A DNA stretch of 64,000 nt. Origin: Bacteroidales bacterium. Its GTDB lineage: Bacteria > Bacteroidota > Bacteroidia > Bacteroidales > Muribaculaceae. The notes beneath the pieces were generated by a model, which worked only from the letters and a program-made list of their open reading frames with translations, was not told where the DNA came from and made no database searches. How positions within the stretch are numbered: the first letter of the stretch is position 1; each line of letters opens with the position of its first letter. The stretch spans positions 15,654 through 79,653 of the forward strand of contig CAAGGJ010000164.1 of NCBI GenBank assembly GCA_900769345.1. The letters are read 5' to 3'. Both the position numbers and the translations under genes were made by a program. Positions 47,703 to 56,600 of the stretch are shown here, one piece after another.

Positions 47703-49655
47703 ATGAAAATTTCGAATATCATTCGCGGTGTGGCTGCAGTAGCCCTTTTGGCAAGCGCCTCAGGGGCTTATGCTCAAGCACCCGCTCTACTCCATTCGCA
47801 CAACGACTATGTGCGCACTATGCCTTTCTATGAAGCATATTCGCAGCACATGTATTCTATTGAGTGCGATATGTTCTACAAGGATGGCACGCTCCTCGTG
47901 GGTCACGACCTCGAGGACCTTCGCCCCGACTTCACTTTCGAGCGATTCTACCTCAACCCTATCGTCGACATCTATAAGATGAACGGCGGCAAACCATACG
48001 CCGACTCCGATGCCGGATTGCAACTGATGGTGGAAATCAAATCAAACAACACCGAAGCCTATATGAAGGCCTTTGTGAAACTCATCAAGCAGCACCCCGA
48101 TGTGTTCGACCCTGCTCGCAACAACAACGCTTGCCGCATAGTGGTCACCGGTCAATACGAACCCGCGCCTGCCGATTTCAACAAATATCCCGACTACATA
48201 TTGTTCGATGGCGACATCAATGCCTCCTACACCCCCGAGCAACTCAAACGCGTGGCTATGTTCAGCGTCAATTTCCACGACTACAGCATCTGGAACGGAA
48301 AGGGCACTCTCATCGATGCCGAAAAAGCCAAAGTGGAAGCCGTAATAGCTCGCGCACATGCTCAAGGCAAACCTATCCGCTTTTGGGGTGCGCCCGATGG
48401 CATCACTGCTTGGAACACATTCCTAAACATGGGCATCGACTACATTAATACCGACCACCCGGCTCAGTGCGCCGAGTTTTTCAGCCGCTGGAATGCTAAA
48501 AATTATGTTATCTCCGCCGATGCTCACATAGAGAGCGACGGCTCCGTAATTCGCAACGACCGTCTCGACAAGATTACTCGCTCGTTCTCGGGATTTAAGA
48601 ACGATAAGATGCAACTCACCGAGCGCCAAGCCATCTACACCCCATCGTATCTCAACGACGGCACCGACAAACCCATTAAAAATGTGATTTTGCTTATCGG
48701 CGATGGTATGGGCATCAACGAAATAGTGGCAGCCGACCGCGTGAACAACGGTTTGACCATGTTCTTGATGAAACACTTCGGTCTGTCGCAAACAGCCTCA
48801 GCCGATGCCTTCACCACCGACTCGGCAGCCGGCGGCAGCGCTCTCGCCACCGGCGTAAGCACTAAGAATCGCCATATCTCGGCTAACGCCGACGGTTCTG
48901 CCAACGAGTCGCTCTCGGAGTATTTCTATGATAAAGACAAAGCTGTGGGCGTGGTTACACTAGGCAATATGGCTGATGCCACTCCGGCGGCTTTCTATGC
49001 TCACTACACCGAGCGCGACAGTGCCGACATCATCACTCGCGCATTGCTCAACGATAAGCTCACCCTGCTTGCAGGTAGCGGAATCAACGAGTTCACCAAG
49101 CGAAATGATGGCGTGGACCTTATAGGCGAACTCCGCAAAAAGGGCTATCGATTTATCCGCGACATCGATGAAATATGCGTCGAAACAGGCAAAACCATCT
49201 GCATCGACGAAGAAATGGGCGAAGGCGCCGAAGTAAGCAACCTCGACCTATTGGCTCGCACCACTCGCCAATCAATCGAAAAACTGCAATCGGCAGGCAA
49301 AGATGGTTTCTTCCTGATGATAGAAGGTGCCAAAATCGACTATGCAGGTCACTCGCAATATTTCCCGGGCAGCGTGCTCGAGACTTTGAGTTTCGATAAA
49401 GCAGTAGCCGAAGCATTGCGTTTTGCCGACAGCAACGGCGAGACCCTCGTGATAGTAACTGCCGACCACGAAACAGGCGGCTTGACACTTATCGATGGCG
49501 ACCTCAACACCGGCGCCGTAGTGGGCTACTTCCTTACCAACGACCACACCCCGGTCCCCGTCCCCGTATTTGCCTACGGCCCTCAAGCCCATAAGTTTAT
49601 AGGCCAACAGCGCAACATCGACATCTGCAACAAGATTAAAGCACAATTTAAATAA
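47703..49655 (+). CDS. fusion protein: N-terminal PLC-like/GDPD-superfamily phosphodiesterase-like domain (HSHNDY type) plus C-terminal alkaline phosphatase
   Basis: 650 aa with a signal peptide. The N-terminal roughly 270 aa contain HSHNDY and IECDMF...GHD, resembling AIM6/Ca-dependent PI-PLC-like TIM barrels. The C-terminal roughly 330 aa carry alkaline phosphatase motifs LIGDGMG, TDSAAGGSALATG (active-site Ser) and TADHETGG. Confidence 0.8.
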   Translation: MKISNIIRGVAAVALLASASGAYAQAPALLHSHNDYVRTMPFYEAYSQHMYSIECDMFYKDGTLLVGHDLEDLRPDFTFERFYLNPIVDIYKMNGGKPYADSDAGLQLMVEIKSNNTEAYMKAFVKLIKQHPDVFDPARNNNACRIVVTGQYEPAPADFNKYPDYILFDGDINASYTPEQLKRVAMFSVNFHDYSIWNGKGTLIDAEKAKVEAVIARAHAQGKPIRFWGAPDGITAWNTFLNMGIDYINTDHPAQCAEFFSRWNAKNYVISADAHIESDGSVIRNDRLDKITRSFSGFKNDKMQLTERQAIYTPSYLNDGTDKPIKNVILLIGDGMGINEIVAADRVNNGLTMFLMKHFGLSQTASADAFTTDSAAGGSALATGVSTKNRHISANADGSANESLSEYFYDKDKAVGVVTLGNMADATPAAFYAHYTERDSADIITRALLNDKLTLLAGSGINEFTKRNDGVDLIGELRKKGYRFIRDIDEICVETGKTICIDEEMGEGAEVSNLDLLARTTRQSIEKLQSAGKDGFFLMIEGAKIDYAGHSQYFPGSVLETLSFDKAVAEALRFADSNGETLVIVTADHETGGLTLIDGDLNTGAVVGYFLTNDHTPVPVPVFAYGPQAHKFIGQQRNIDICNKIKAQFK

Positions 49656-49690
49656 ACACAATGCCCCACCCACGGGCATCAACCCACCCA

Positions 49691-49735
49691 AAAGCCGGGC
49701 TGCGACGATGTAGAAAATTATCGCAGCCCGGCTTT
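49691..49735 (+). terminator. terminator hairpin ending the PUL operon
   Basis: AAAGCCGGGCTGCGA (49691..49705) pairs with TCGCAGCCCGGCTTT (49721..49735): a 15-bp perfect stem with a 15-nt loop and a T-rich tail. Confidence 0.7.
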
Positions 49736-49918
49736 CTTTATGCAACCACAGAACTAATAGACATTCTAATAAACACAAATCACACCCACCCAAGCACAAA
49801 TCTTCACAATAAGCACGATTGTCAAAACCGCGAAGGAACACGGATAATAGCGCTCGAAAAATACGATAACAGCAAAAAAATCTGTGATATCTGTGAGAGT
49901 ATATTATCCCCACCGCAT

Positions 49919-49971
49919 CTTGTGTTAATCTGTGAGCAAAAAATCGTTGTGGAGATTTGTGTTAAAAAATA
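49919..49971. repeat. dispersed roughly 50-bp repeat, copy A (AATCTGTGAGCAAAAAATCGTTGTGGAGATTTGTGTTAAAAAA)
   Basis: It aligns at about 80% identity with 52948..52996. ATCTGTGA also occurs twice just upstream, at 49880..49887 and 49889..49896. Confidence 0.65.
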
Positions 49972-49986
49972 ACACATCCCGAGGCA

Positions 49987-50448
49987 TCACACGCCGATGC
50001 CGTATTCGAGTTTTAGGGTATCCATTACGAAGGTGCTTTCGAGTGAGCCGAGGTTTTCGATGGTGCCGAGCACGTTGAGCACAAATTGTTGATAATATCG
50101 CATATCGGGAGCATGTATCTTAAGCAGATAGTCGAATTGTCCGGAAATGTTATAACATTCGGTCACTTCGGGAATGTTGAGCATTCGCTCCATAAAGTCG
50201 CGGGCTATCTCTTTGCTCAATCGACTCATCTTTACGTTGCAAAACACTATAAAACCGCGGTTCAACTTATCGGCATCGAGCACCGCCACATATTTTTTGA
50301 TATAACCATTGCGCTCAAGACGCTTGAGGCGCTCAAACACCGGCGTGGTCGACAGATTTACTTGCGCTGCCAGTTCTTTGTTGGTAAGGCGAGCATTTTG
50401 CTGCAATATTCGCAGTATTTTCAAATCGGTTTGGTCTAATGTATCCAT
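49987..50448 (-). CDS. Lrp/AsnC-family transcriptional regulator
   Basis: 153 aa. The N-terminal winged HTH is LDQTDLKILRILQQNARLTNKELAAQVNLSTTPVFERLKRLERNGYIKKY, followed by a C-terminal RAM/ACT-like domain. Confidence 0.9.
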   Translation of the reverse strand: MDTLDQTDLKILRILQQNARLTNKELAAQVNLSTTPVFERLKRLERNGYIKKYVAVLDADKLNRGFIVFCNVKMSRLSKEIARDFMERMLNIPEVTECYNISGQFDYLLKIHAPDMRYYQQFVLNVLGTIENLGSLESTFVMDTLKLEYGIGV

Positions 50449-50602
50449 ATTTTCCGTTTTTGCAGATTTTGCTTAAAGTGCATTTATTCTATACAAGGCT
50501 CTATCATTCACCTTCAAAAGAATATTTGCACGGATATATAGCACAAATTTAGTGATATTTTCCATTGTTTCAAACTTTCTTGCGCAATATTTTCTACATT
50601 CA

Positions 50603-50610
50603 TAACTTTG
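50603..50610 (+). promoter_or_regulatory. candidate -7 promoter box
   Basis: TAACTTTG lies 58 nt upstream of the ATG at 50668. Confidence 0.4.
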
Positions 50611-50667
50611 TACCGAACAAATAACTAAAGAAAATATTATTAACCGACACATAAAAATGAAAGAATT

Positions 50668-51957
50668 ATGGCAAACAAGAAATTACACTTCGAAACTCTC
50701 CAATTGCATGTAGGTCAAGAACAACCCGATCCGGCAACCGATGCTCGTGCAGTGCCTATATATCAAACCACTTCATACGTATTCCGCAACTCTCAGCATG
50801 CTGCCGACCGTTTCGGGCTGCGTGATGCAGGCAACATCTACGGACGCCTCACCAATAGCACACAAGGCGTATTTGAGGACCGCGTGGCTGCTCTCGAAGG
50901 TGGTGTGGCAGGTTTGGCTGTAGCCTCAGGAGCCGCTGCCGTGACTTATGCTCTGCAAAACATACTTCAAGCCGGCGACCATATAGTGGCTGCCGATAAC
51001 CTCTACGGTGGTTCGTTCAACCTCATCACCCACACTTTGGCAGGTCAAGGCATCAGCAACACTATATTCAAAAACAATGACCTTAATTCGCTCGAAGCTG
51101 CCATTCAGCCCAACACCAAGGCTGTGTACGTAGAAACTTTCGGCAACCCAAATTCCGACGTTACCAACATCGAGGAAACTGCCCGCGTGGCTCACAGCCA
51201 TAACATTCCTTTGATTGTGGACAACACTTTTGCCACTCCGTTCCTGTTCCGTCCCATTGAGCACGGCGCCGACATCGTGGTGCACTCTGCCACTAAGTTT
51301 ATCGGCGGCCACGGATCATCGCTCGGCGGCGTGATAGTGGACGGCGGCAACTTCGACTGGAAGGCACAGCCCGACAAGTTCCCTACCCTTGCTAAACCCG
51401 ACCCAAGTTATCATGGCGCAATATTTGCCGATGTGGCAGGCAAGGCAGCATTTGTGACTCGCATTCGCGCCGTGGTATTGCGCGACACAGGCGCCACAAT
51501 ATCGCCATTCAATGCATTCATCTTGCTCCAAGGTCTCGAAACGCTATCGCTTCGCGTGGAGCGCCACGTGCAAAATGCGCTCCGTGTGGTGGAATTCTTG
51601 CGCAATCACCCCAAAGTGGCTCGCGTCAATCACCCATCTATCGAAAGTCACCCCGACCACAAGCTCTACACCCAATACTTCCCAAACGGTGCAGGAAGCA
51701 TATTCACTTTCGAAATTAAGGGCGGTCAGGAAGCCGCTTGGCGATTTATCGACTCGCTCGAGATATTCTCGCTCCTCGCCAATGTGGCTGATGTGAAAAG
51801 CCTTGTGATTCACCCTTACACCACCACCCACTCGCAGATGTCGCCCGAAGAACTCGCCGAGCAGCACATCACCGAATCTACCGTGCGTCTTTCAATAGGT
51901 ACAGAACATATAGATGACTTGTTAGCCGACATCGCACAAGCGCTCGAAAAAGCATAA
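50668..51957 (+). CDS. metY: O-acetylhomoserine aminocarboxypropyltransferase (sulfhydrylase), PLP-dependent
   Basis: 429 aa. [10 protein letters not shown] near the N-terminus and the PLP-lysine motif [11 protein letters not shown] are typical of the Cys/Met-metabolism PLP family and of MetY length. Confidence 0.88.
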   Translation: MANKKLHFETLQLHVGQEQPDPATDARAVPIYQTTSYVFRNSQHAADRFGLRDAGNIYGRLTNSTQGVFEDRVAALEGGVAGLAVASGAAAVTYALQNILQAGDHIVAADNLYGGSFNLITHTLAGQGISNTIFKNNDLNSLEAAIQPNTKAVYVETFGNPNSDVTNIEETARVAHSHNIPLIVDNTFATPFLFRPIEHGADIVVHSATKFIGGHGSSLGGVIVDGGNFDWKAQPDKFPTLAKPDPSYHGAIFADVAGKAAFVTRIRAVVLRDTGATISPFNAFILLQGLETLSLRVERHVQNALRVVEFLRNHPKVARVNHPSIESHPDHKLYTQYFPNGAGSIFTFEIKGGQEAAWRFIDSLEIFSLLANVADVKSLVIHPYTTTHSQMSPEELAEQHITESTVRLSIGTEHIDDLLADIAQALEKA

Positions 51958-52042
51958 TATTTATTTCTACTTATCGGCTACACGAGGCTGTAACGCATGC
52001 GTTATGGCCTCATTTACTTTGGCATATTGGCAAAATTATTGC

Positions 52043-52050
52043 TATATTTG
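52043..52050 (+). promoter_or_regulatory. candidate -7 promoter box
   Basis: TATATTTG lies 26 nt upstream of the ATG at 52076. Confidence 0.4.
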
Positions 52051-52075
52051 CATTATCACCAACAAACTTAGCATT

Positions 52076-52894
52076 ATGAACATACACAACATAGCAGTTA
52101 TCACTTTCTCGCCCACCGGTGCTTCGCGAAAAGTGGCTCTAAACATAGCTCAAGGCACCGAAGTGGCTCAAATCCGAAACATCGACCTCACCCACGACTC
52201 TGCCGAAGCCCTGCTTGGCGATGACTCGCTCGCCATAATTGCAGCACCTGTATATGGTGGCAAACCGGCTCCATTGGCAGTGCAACGCATGGAGCAAATC
52301 AGAGCCAACGGCACGCCTGCCGTGGTGGTGGCTGTGTATGGCAATCGGCACTACGAAAGCGCGCTCGTACAACTCACCGACATTGCTCGCAAGAAAGGTT
52401 TTAAGGTGATAGCCGCAGCCACTTTTGTGGGCGAACACTCCTACTCCACCCCTTCCTCACCCATCGCTGTGGGTCGCCCCGATGCCGACGATTGCGCCAA
52501 AGCGCAAGAACTCGGTGCTGCCGTGATGAAGAAATTAGCATCGGGCAATATCAGCGAAATAGATGCCGCAGCCATAGAGCAACCCGCACAACCCGAAGGC
52601 GCAATGGATGTGTTCCGCGCCACCATAGCACAGTGGATGAGCCAAGGCGTGAAATCGCCGCGAACACCCGCCACCGATGCATCACTATGCGTGCACTGCG
52701 GCTGCTGCGTGGCATTATGCCCCAATCAAGCCATCGTGCGCGGCAATGAGTGCGAAACCGATGCCTCTCGCTGCATCAAATGTTGTGCCTGCGTCAAAGG
52801 CTGTCCTCAGAAAGCCCGCACCATGCCTTCGCCTTTCGCGCCTCTCATCAGCCAAAACTTTGCCCCTCGCAAAGAGAATAAAGTAATTCTGTAA
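52076..52894 (+). CDS. flavodoxin-like domain fused to a 2x[4Fe-4S] ferredoxin domain
   Basis: The start is moved to ATG 52076 (MNIHNIAVITFSPTGASRKV, a flavodoxin-like beginning). Two cluster motifs are present, CVHCGCCVALCP and CIKCCACVKGCP. Confidence 0.7.
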   Translation: MNIHNIAVITFSPTGASRKVALNIAQGTEVAQIRNIDLTHDSAEALLGDDSLAIIAAPVYGGKPAPLAVQRMEQIRANGTPAVVVAVYGNRHYESALVQLTDIARKKGFKVIAAATFVGEHSYSTPSSPIAVGRPDADDCAKAQELGAAVMKKLASGNISEIDAAAIEQPAQPEGAMDVFRATIAQWMSQGVKSPRTPATDASLCVHCGCCVALCPNQAIVRGNECETDASRCIKCCACVKGCPQKARTMPSPFAPLISQNFAPRKENKVIL

Positions 52895-52947
52895 TTTAGC
52901 AAATAACTGTCGGGGGGCTTAATGTATTTGTATGGCAGGGGCCTCAC

Positions 52948-52996
52948 CTTGTTTAAATCTGTGAACAAAAATCTTGTGGAGATCCGCGTTAAAAAA
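52948..52996. repeat. dispersed roughly 50-bp repeat, copy B (AATCTGTGAACAAAAATCTTGTGGAGATCCGCGTTAAAAAA)
   Basis: Same orientation as copy A at 49919..49971. It lies in the intergenic region after the Fe-S gene. Confidence 0.65.
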
Positions 52997-53079
52997 CCGC
53001 TGCAACCGGTAGGCGCATAACCGCAGCTCACTTAGAGTTTATATTATCACTAATCAGAATAAAAAAAACGATTCCGCAG

Positions 53080-54507
53080 TTATGCAAACAAATCTTGCAG
53101 CGTAACTTCGCTTTGAATAATACCGGAATGCGAATTTTGACGCAGTCCAAAAGTAGTTACCATAGTAAGATGCACGGCTTTGTGCGTATTAGTTGCTTGG
53201 ATAAACGCAGCCTTTTTGTTTCGCAAATTACGTTCATATTCGGCATCGATGGAATACTCCGAAATTGAAAATTTCATTTCGCAGATATTCACCACTTGAT
53301 CATTGCGGTCGATGAGCAAATCTATTTGAGCGCCGGTGCCACTTTCATCGACATTCTTGCGCCATGAATATACGTTGCTCAGCACTCCGGCTATTCCAAG
53401 CGCCGCCTTAATTTGCTGAATGTGAGCCATACACAAGCGTTCGAATGCCAATCCGCTCCAAGCACGATGCACGGCAGAATCTATCGACGCCGACCAAAAA
53501 TGTTCATCGTTATTCTCATTGCGTTCGATAAACTTGAAATAGAATAGTGTGTAATTATCAATAAGTTGATATACAGCCTGTTTATTCTTCTTACCGTAGC
53601 CGTTGTATTTGCGAATAAACCCACAGTACTCCAATTCGGCAAGCACCTTGGAGAGTGAGCCACCACTATTTTTATCTATTGCCGCTGTTATTTCCTCACG
53701 CGTCATCCCCGATTTTTTCTTTCCCAACACCGAAACCACTGCTATATATTGTCGGGGCATTTTAAACAACGATGCGTAGAGCATATCGAATTCGTTATGC
53801 AACTTACCATTCTTTGCAAAAAATAATTTATCGATATTTTGCGCCGGACTCAACCCTTTCTCCAGAAGGCTCCAATAAAACGGAATTCCGCCCAACACCA
53901 TATAGCACTCTGCCACTTGGTATCGGCTCATCTCTATGCCCCTATTTTGAACATACATTTCGCATTCGTGCAATGTAAACGGCTGGAGAGCTATACGCTG
54001 CGTTACTCGATTGTGCAACCCCCCGTGATCGTTGATTACTTTGTTGATAATCCATGAAGTGGCCGAACCGCATATTATCACTACAATATCCTTTCGAGCC
54101 GATGCCCACCCATTCCAAAAATGCTCAAACGCCGACAGAAAGTTTGAGCGCGGCGTGTCCATCCACGGCAACTCATCGAAAAATACTATCTTCTTTTCGT
54201 CTGTGGAGTTTTTCAAAAAATTTGACAATAGTCCAAATGCCTCCAACCAAGATTTCGGTATAGGGCAATCATCAAAACCTGCATCTCTAAGCGAGATGGC
54301 AAAACTAAATAGTTGCTCACCGATTCTGCCTTTTGCCAATCCGGTGTGCTGAAATGTAAACTTGTAGCCGAATGTTTCGCGTATGAGATAGGTCTTTCCC
54401 ACACGCCTGCGGCCGTACACAGCCACAAGTTCCGAATACTCCGATTGCGCTGCAGTTAGCAGTATTTTATGTTCTTCTTTTCTTCCGATTAGCATAAGCA
54501 ATAACAT
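53080..54507 (-). CDS. archaeal-type ATPase (ATPase_2-like) with a DUF234-like C-terminal domain, orphan
   Basis: 475 aa with Walker A GRRRVGKTYL and Walker B-like IVFFDELPW. A winged-helix-like middle segment and a C-terminal DUF234-style region follow. The start could instead be the fifth codon (54495). Confidence 0.8.
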   Translation of the reverse strand: MLLLMLIGRKEEHKILLTAAQSEYSELVAVYGRRRVGKTYLIRETFGYKFTFQHTGLAKGRIGEQLFSFAISLRDAGFDDCPIPKSWLEAFGLLSNFLKNSTDEKKIVFFDELPWMDTPRSNFLSAFEHFWNGWASARKDIVVIICGSATSWIINKVINDHGGLHNRVTQRIALQPFTLHECEMYVQNRGIEMSRYQVAECYMVLGGIPFYWSLLEKGLSPAQNIDKLFFAKNGKLHNEFDMLYASLFKMPRQYIAVVSVLGKKKSGMTREEITAAIDKNSGGSLSKVLAELEYCGFIRKYNGYGKKNKQAVYQLIDNYTLFYFKFIERNENNDEHFWSASIDSAVHRAWSGLAFERLCMAHIQQIKAALGIAGVLSNVYSWRKNVDESGTGAQIDLLIDRNDQVVNICEMKFSISEYSIDAEYERNLRNKKAAFIQATNTHKAVHLTMVTTFGLRQNSHSGIIQSEVTLQDLFA

Positions 54508-54539
54508 TTAGCTATCACAAAAATACAACATTTTTCGCT

Positions 54540-54586
54540 TATAACTCGCCAAATCTCGAATTTTTTTCCACATTTGGCGAGTTATA
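54540..54586. promoter_or_regulatory. perfect 15-bp inverted repeat (TATAACTCGCCAAAT / ATTTGGCGAGTTATA) with a 17-nt spacer
   Basis: Read directly: arms at 54540..54554 and 54572..54586, followed on the plus strand by GGCATTTTTT. It lies 33 bp upstream of the ATPase start codon, in the divergent region. Confidence 0.8.
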
Positions 54587-54732
54587 GGCATTTTTTGCAT
54601 CAAAAATTTGCACAACCCTTGTTTATTACTCTCCATGATGACGACTAAAATGAACAAAACTGCTTCGCAATTATCCGAAAAATTGGTTATTTTTCCAAAA
54701 ATCAGGGTATATGCATCAATGTCGATTCGCTA

Positions 54733-54740
54733 TAACTTTG
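54733..54740 (+). promoter_or_regulatory. candidate -7 promoter box
   Basis: TAACTTTG lies 29 nt upstream of the ATG at 54769. Confidence 0.4.
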
Positions 54741-54768
54741 TATCTTGGAAAATATAAACGAAAATAAC

Positions 54769-55926
54769 ATGAAAATTATAACCATCTTATTATCAATCTT
54801 AGCAATGGCAACAAATATTCAAGCACAGGACATCAACAATCGGCTGCCCTCGAAACAGGAACTGCAGTTGACGCAAGAATGGGACAAGACTTTTCCCAAG
54901 AGTGATAAAGTAAAACACGAAAAGATAACGTTCGTCAACCGATTTGGCATCACACTTGCTGCCGACTTATACCGGCCTAATGATATAACCGGCAAATTGC
55001 CGGCACTTGCTGTCAGCGGACCCTTTGGAGCATCGAAGGAGCAGTCGAGCGGCTTATATGCCATGAAAATGGCAGAAAAAGGCTTCATCACTTGCGCTTT
55101 CGACCCGTCATTCACCGGTGAGAGTGGAGGCGAACCACGCGCCACTGCCTCTCCCGACATCAACACCGAGGACTTCCTGGCAGCTGTAGATTTCCTTAGT
55201 TGCCTCGAGGAGGTAGATGAAGAGAAGATAGGTATAATAGGCATCTGCGGTTGGGGTGGCATAGCGCTCAATGCGGCAGCCATCGACCCTCGAATCAAAG
55301 CCACATTGGCAAGCACAATGTACGATATGTGCCGTGTAAGCGGCAATGACTATTTTGATGTAAACAACAATGAGGAGTCGCGTTATAATGCTCGTAAAGC
55401 AATCGCCGACGAACGCCGCAGAGCAGTTCACAGTGGCAAACTGACGCCCGGCGGTGGTGTGGTGAATCCGCTTCCCGACGATGCTCCGCAGTTTGTAAAA
55501 GATTATTACGACTATTACAAAACTGCTCGTGGCTACCATCCTCGTTCGGGCAATAGCAATGACGGCTGGCACTCGTTCGGCACTTTGGCTTATGCCAATT
55601 CTCGCTTCCTCTATTACATCAATGAGATTCGCTCTGCCGTGCTCATTATGCATGGCGAAAATGCCCATTCGCGTTATTTTGGAGAAGATGCATTTAACTA
55701 TATGGTAAACGGTAAAGCCAATGGTTATAATGCCATTGTCGAGCCCAATCCTGTGCCCCAAAACAAGCAACTGCTGATTATTCCGGGTGCCAATCATTGT
55801 GACCTCTACGACGGCGGTTACACTCTGCTCGAGGGCAAAGGGTCTGCAAAGAACTTGATTCCTTGGCAAAAGATAGCCGATTTTTTCACTGCAAATATGA
55901 ATAGCGACAACACGACTGACAACTAA
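54769..55926 (+). CDS. secreted alpha/beta-fold hydrolase (dienelactone-hydrolase-like, Cys in the nucleophile elbow)
   Basis: The start is moved to ATG 54769 (MKIITILLSILAMATNIQAQ signal peptide); the track start is a TTG. The nucleophile-elbow-like segment is GIIGICGWGG. The length and layout fit an alpha/beta hydrolase. Confidence 0.7.
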   Translation: MKIITILLSILAMATNIQAQDINNRLPSKQELQLTQEWDKTFPKSDKVKHEKITFVNRFGITLAADLYRPNDITGKLPALAVSGPFGASKEQSSGLYAMKMAEKGFITCAFDPSFTGESGGEPRATASPDINTEDFLAAVDFLSCLEEVDEEKIGIIGICGWGGIALNAAAIDPRIKATLASTMYDMCRVSGNDYFDVNNNEESRYNARKAIADERRRAVHSGKLTPGGGVVNPLPDDAPQFVKDYYDYYKTARGYHPRSGNSNDGWHSFGTLAYANSRFLYYINEIRSAVLIMHGENAHSRYFGEDAFNYMVNGKANGYNAIVEPNPVPQNKQLLIIPGANHCDLYDGGYTLLEGKGSAKNLIPWQKIADFFTANMNSDNTTDN

Positions 55927-55968
55927 AATTATTCGTTACCAACGGGACAATCACACTTACACATAAAA

Positions 55969-56538
55969 ATGTTCAACAAAATAAATATCACGAAAATTAT
56001 ATTGACGGTTTTATCGACTCTGCTGTCGGTAACATCGTGTTCTCAAAAAAAATCAGAAACCATTATGCAAGACAAGAAAGTGCTGGTAGTGTATTTTTCG
56101 GCCACGGGAACCACGCGTCAAGTGGCTGAATTATTGACTGATGCGGCTAATGCCGACCTTTGCGAGATAGAACCTGTGCAGCAATATACGGCTGCCGACC
56201 TCAATTGGCACAACCCCCAATCGCGCAGCTCGGTTGAGATGAATGATTCGTTATCACGACCCGCAATCAAAGCCCCGAGCGTGGACATAAGCAAATACGA
56301 CTGCATCTATTTAGGCTATCCCATCTGGTGGGACCTCGCCCCGAGAGCGGTGTATTCGTTCATCGAAAGTCACAATCTGAAGGGCAAGACCATTATCCCG
56401 TTTGCCACATCGGGCGGCAGTGCCATAGGCACCAGTGTTGCCGACTTCAAGCTACTATATCCCGAAGTTAATTGGCAAGCAGGCAAAATGCTCACTCACG
56501 CAAGCAAGAAAGAGATAGCCGAGTGGTGCAATAAATAG
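55969..56538 (+). CDS. flavodoxin-family protein (start ambiguous: lipoprotein-like leader or internal ATG 56065)
   Basis: VLVVYFSATGTTRQVAE is the flavodoxin FMN-phosphate loop, and IPFATSGGS is also present. The long form begins with a lipobox-like SVTSC. The short form starts MQDKKVLVVYFS. Confidence 0.75.
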   Translation: MFNKINITKIILTVLSTLLSVTSCSQKKSETIMQDKKVLVVYFSATGTTRQVAELLTDAANADLCEIEPVQQYTAADLNWHNPQSRSSVEMNDSLSRPAIKAPSVDISKYDCIYLGYPIWWDLAPRAVYSFIESHNLKGKTIIPFATSGGSAIGTSVADFKLLYPEVNWQAGKMLTHASKKEIAEWCNK

Positions 56539-56600
56539 GACTTTTCGGTGTTATAATAATATAAAACACAGTCACTCTCTCCCCCAAAAATAACAAAACG

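Noticed and set aside
50449-50667. SAM riboswitch or T-box upstream of metY
   Set aside because: The region is AT-rich with no conserved SAM-I/SAM-II core helices that I can identify. It has just a TAACTTTG -7 box. Regulation by the divergent Lrp-family gene seems more likely.
51984-52011. Palindrome GAGGC-TG-TAACGCATGCGTTA-TG-GCCTC after metY
   Set aside because: It is most simply the metY transcription terminator or stem-loop. The 14-nt perfect palindrome could be an operator, but nothing else supports that.
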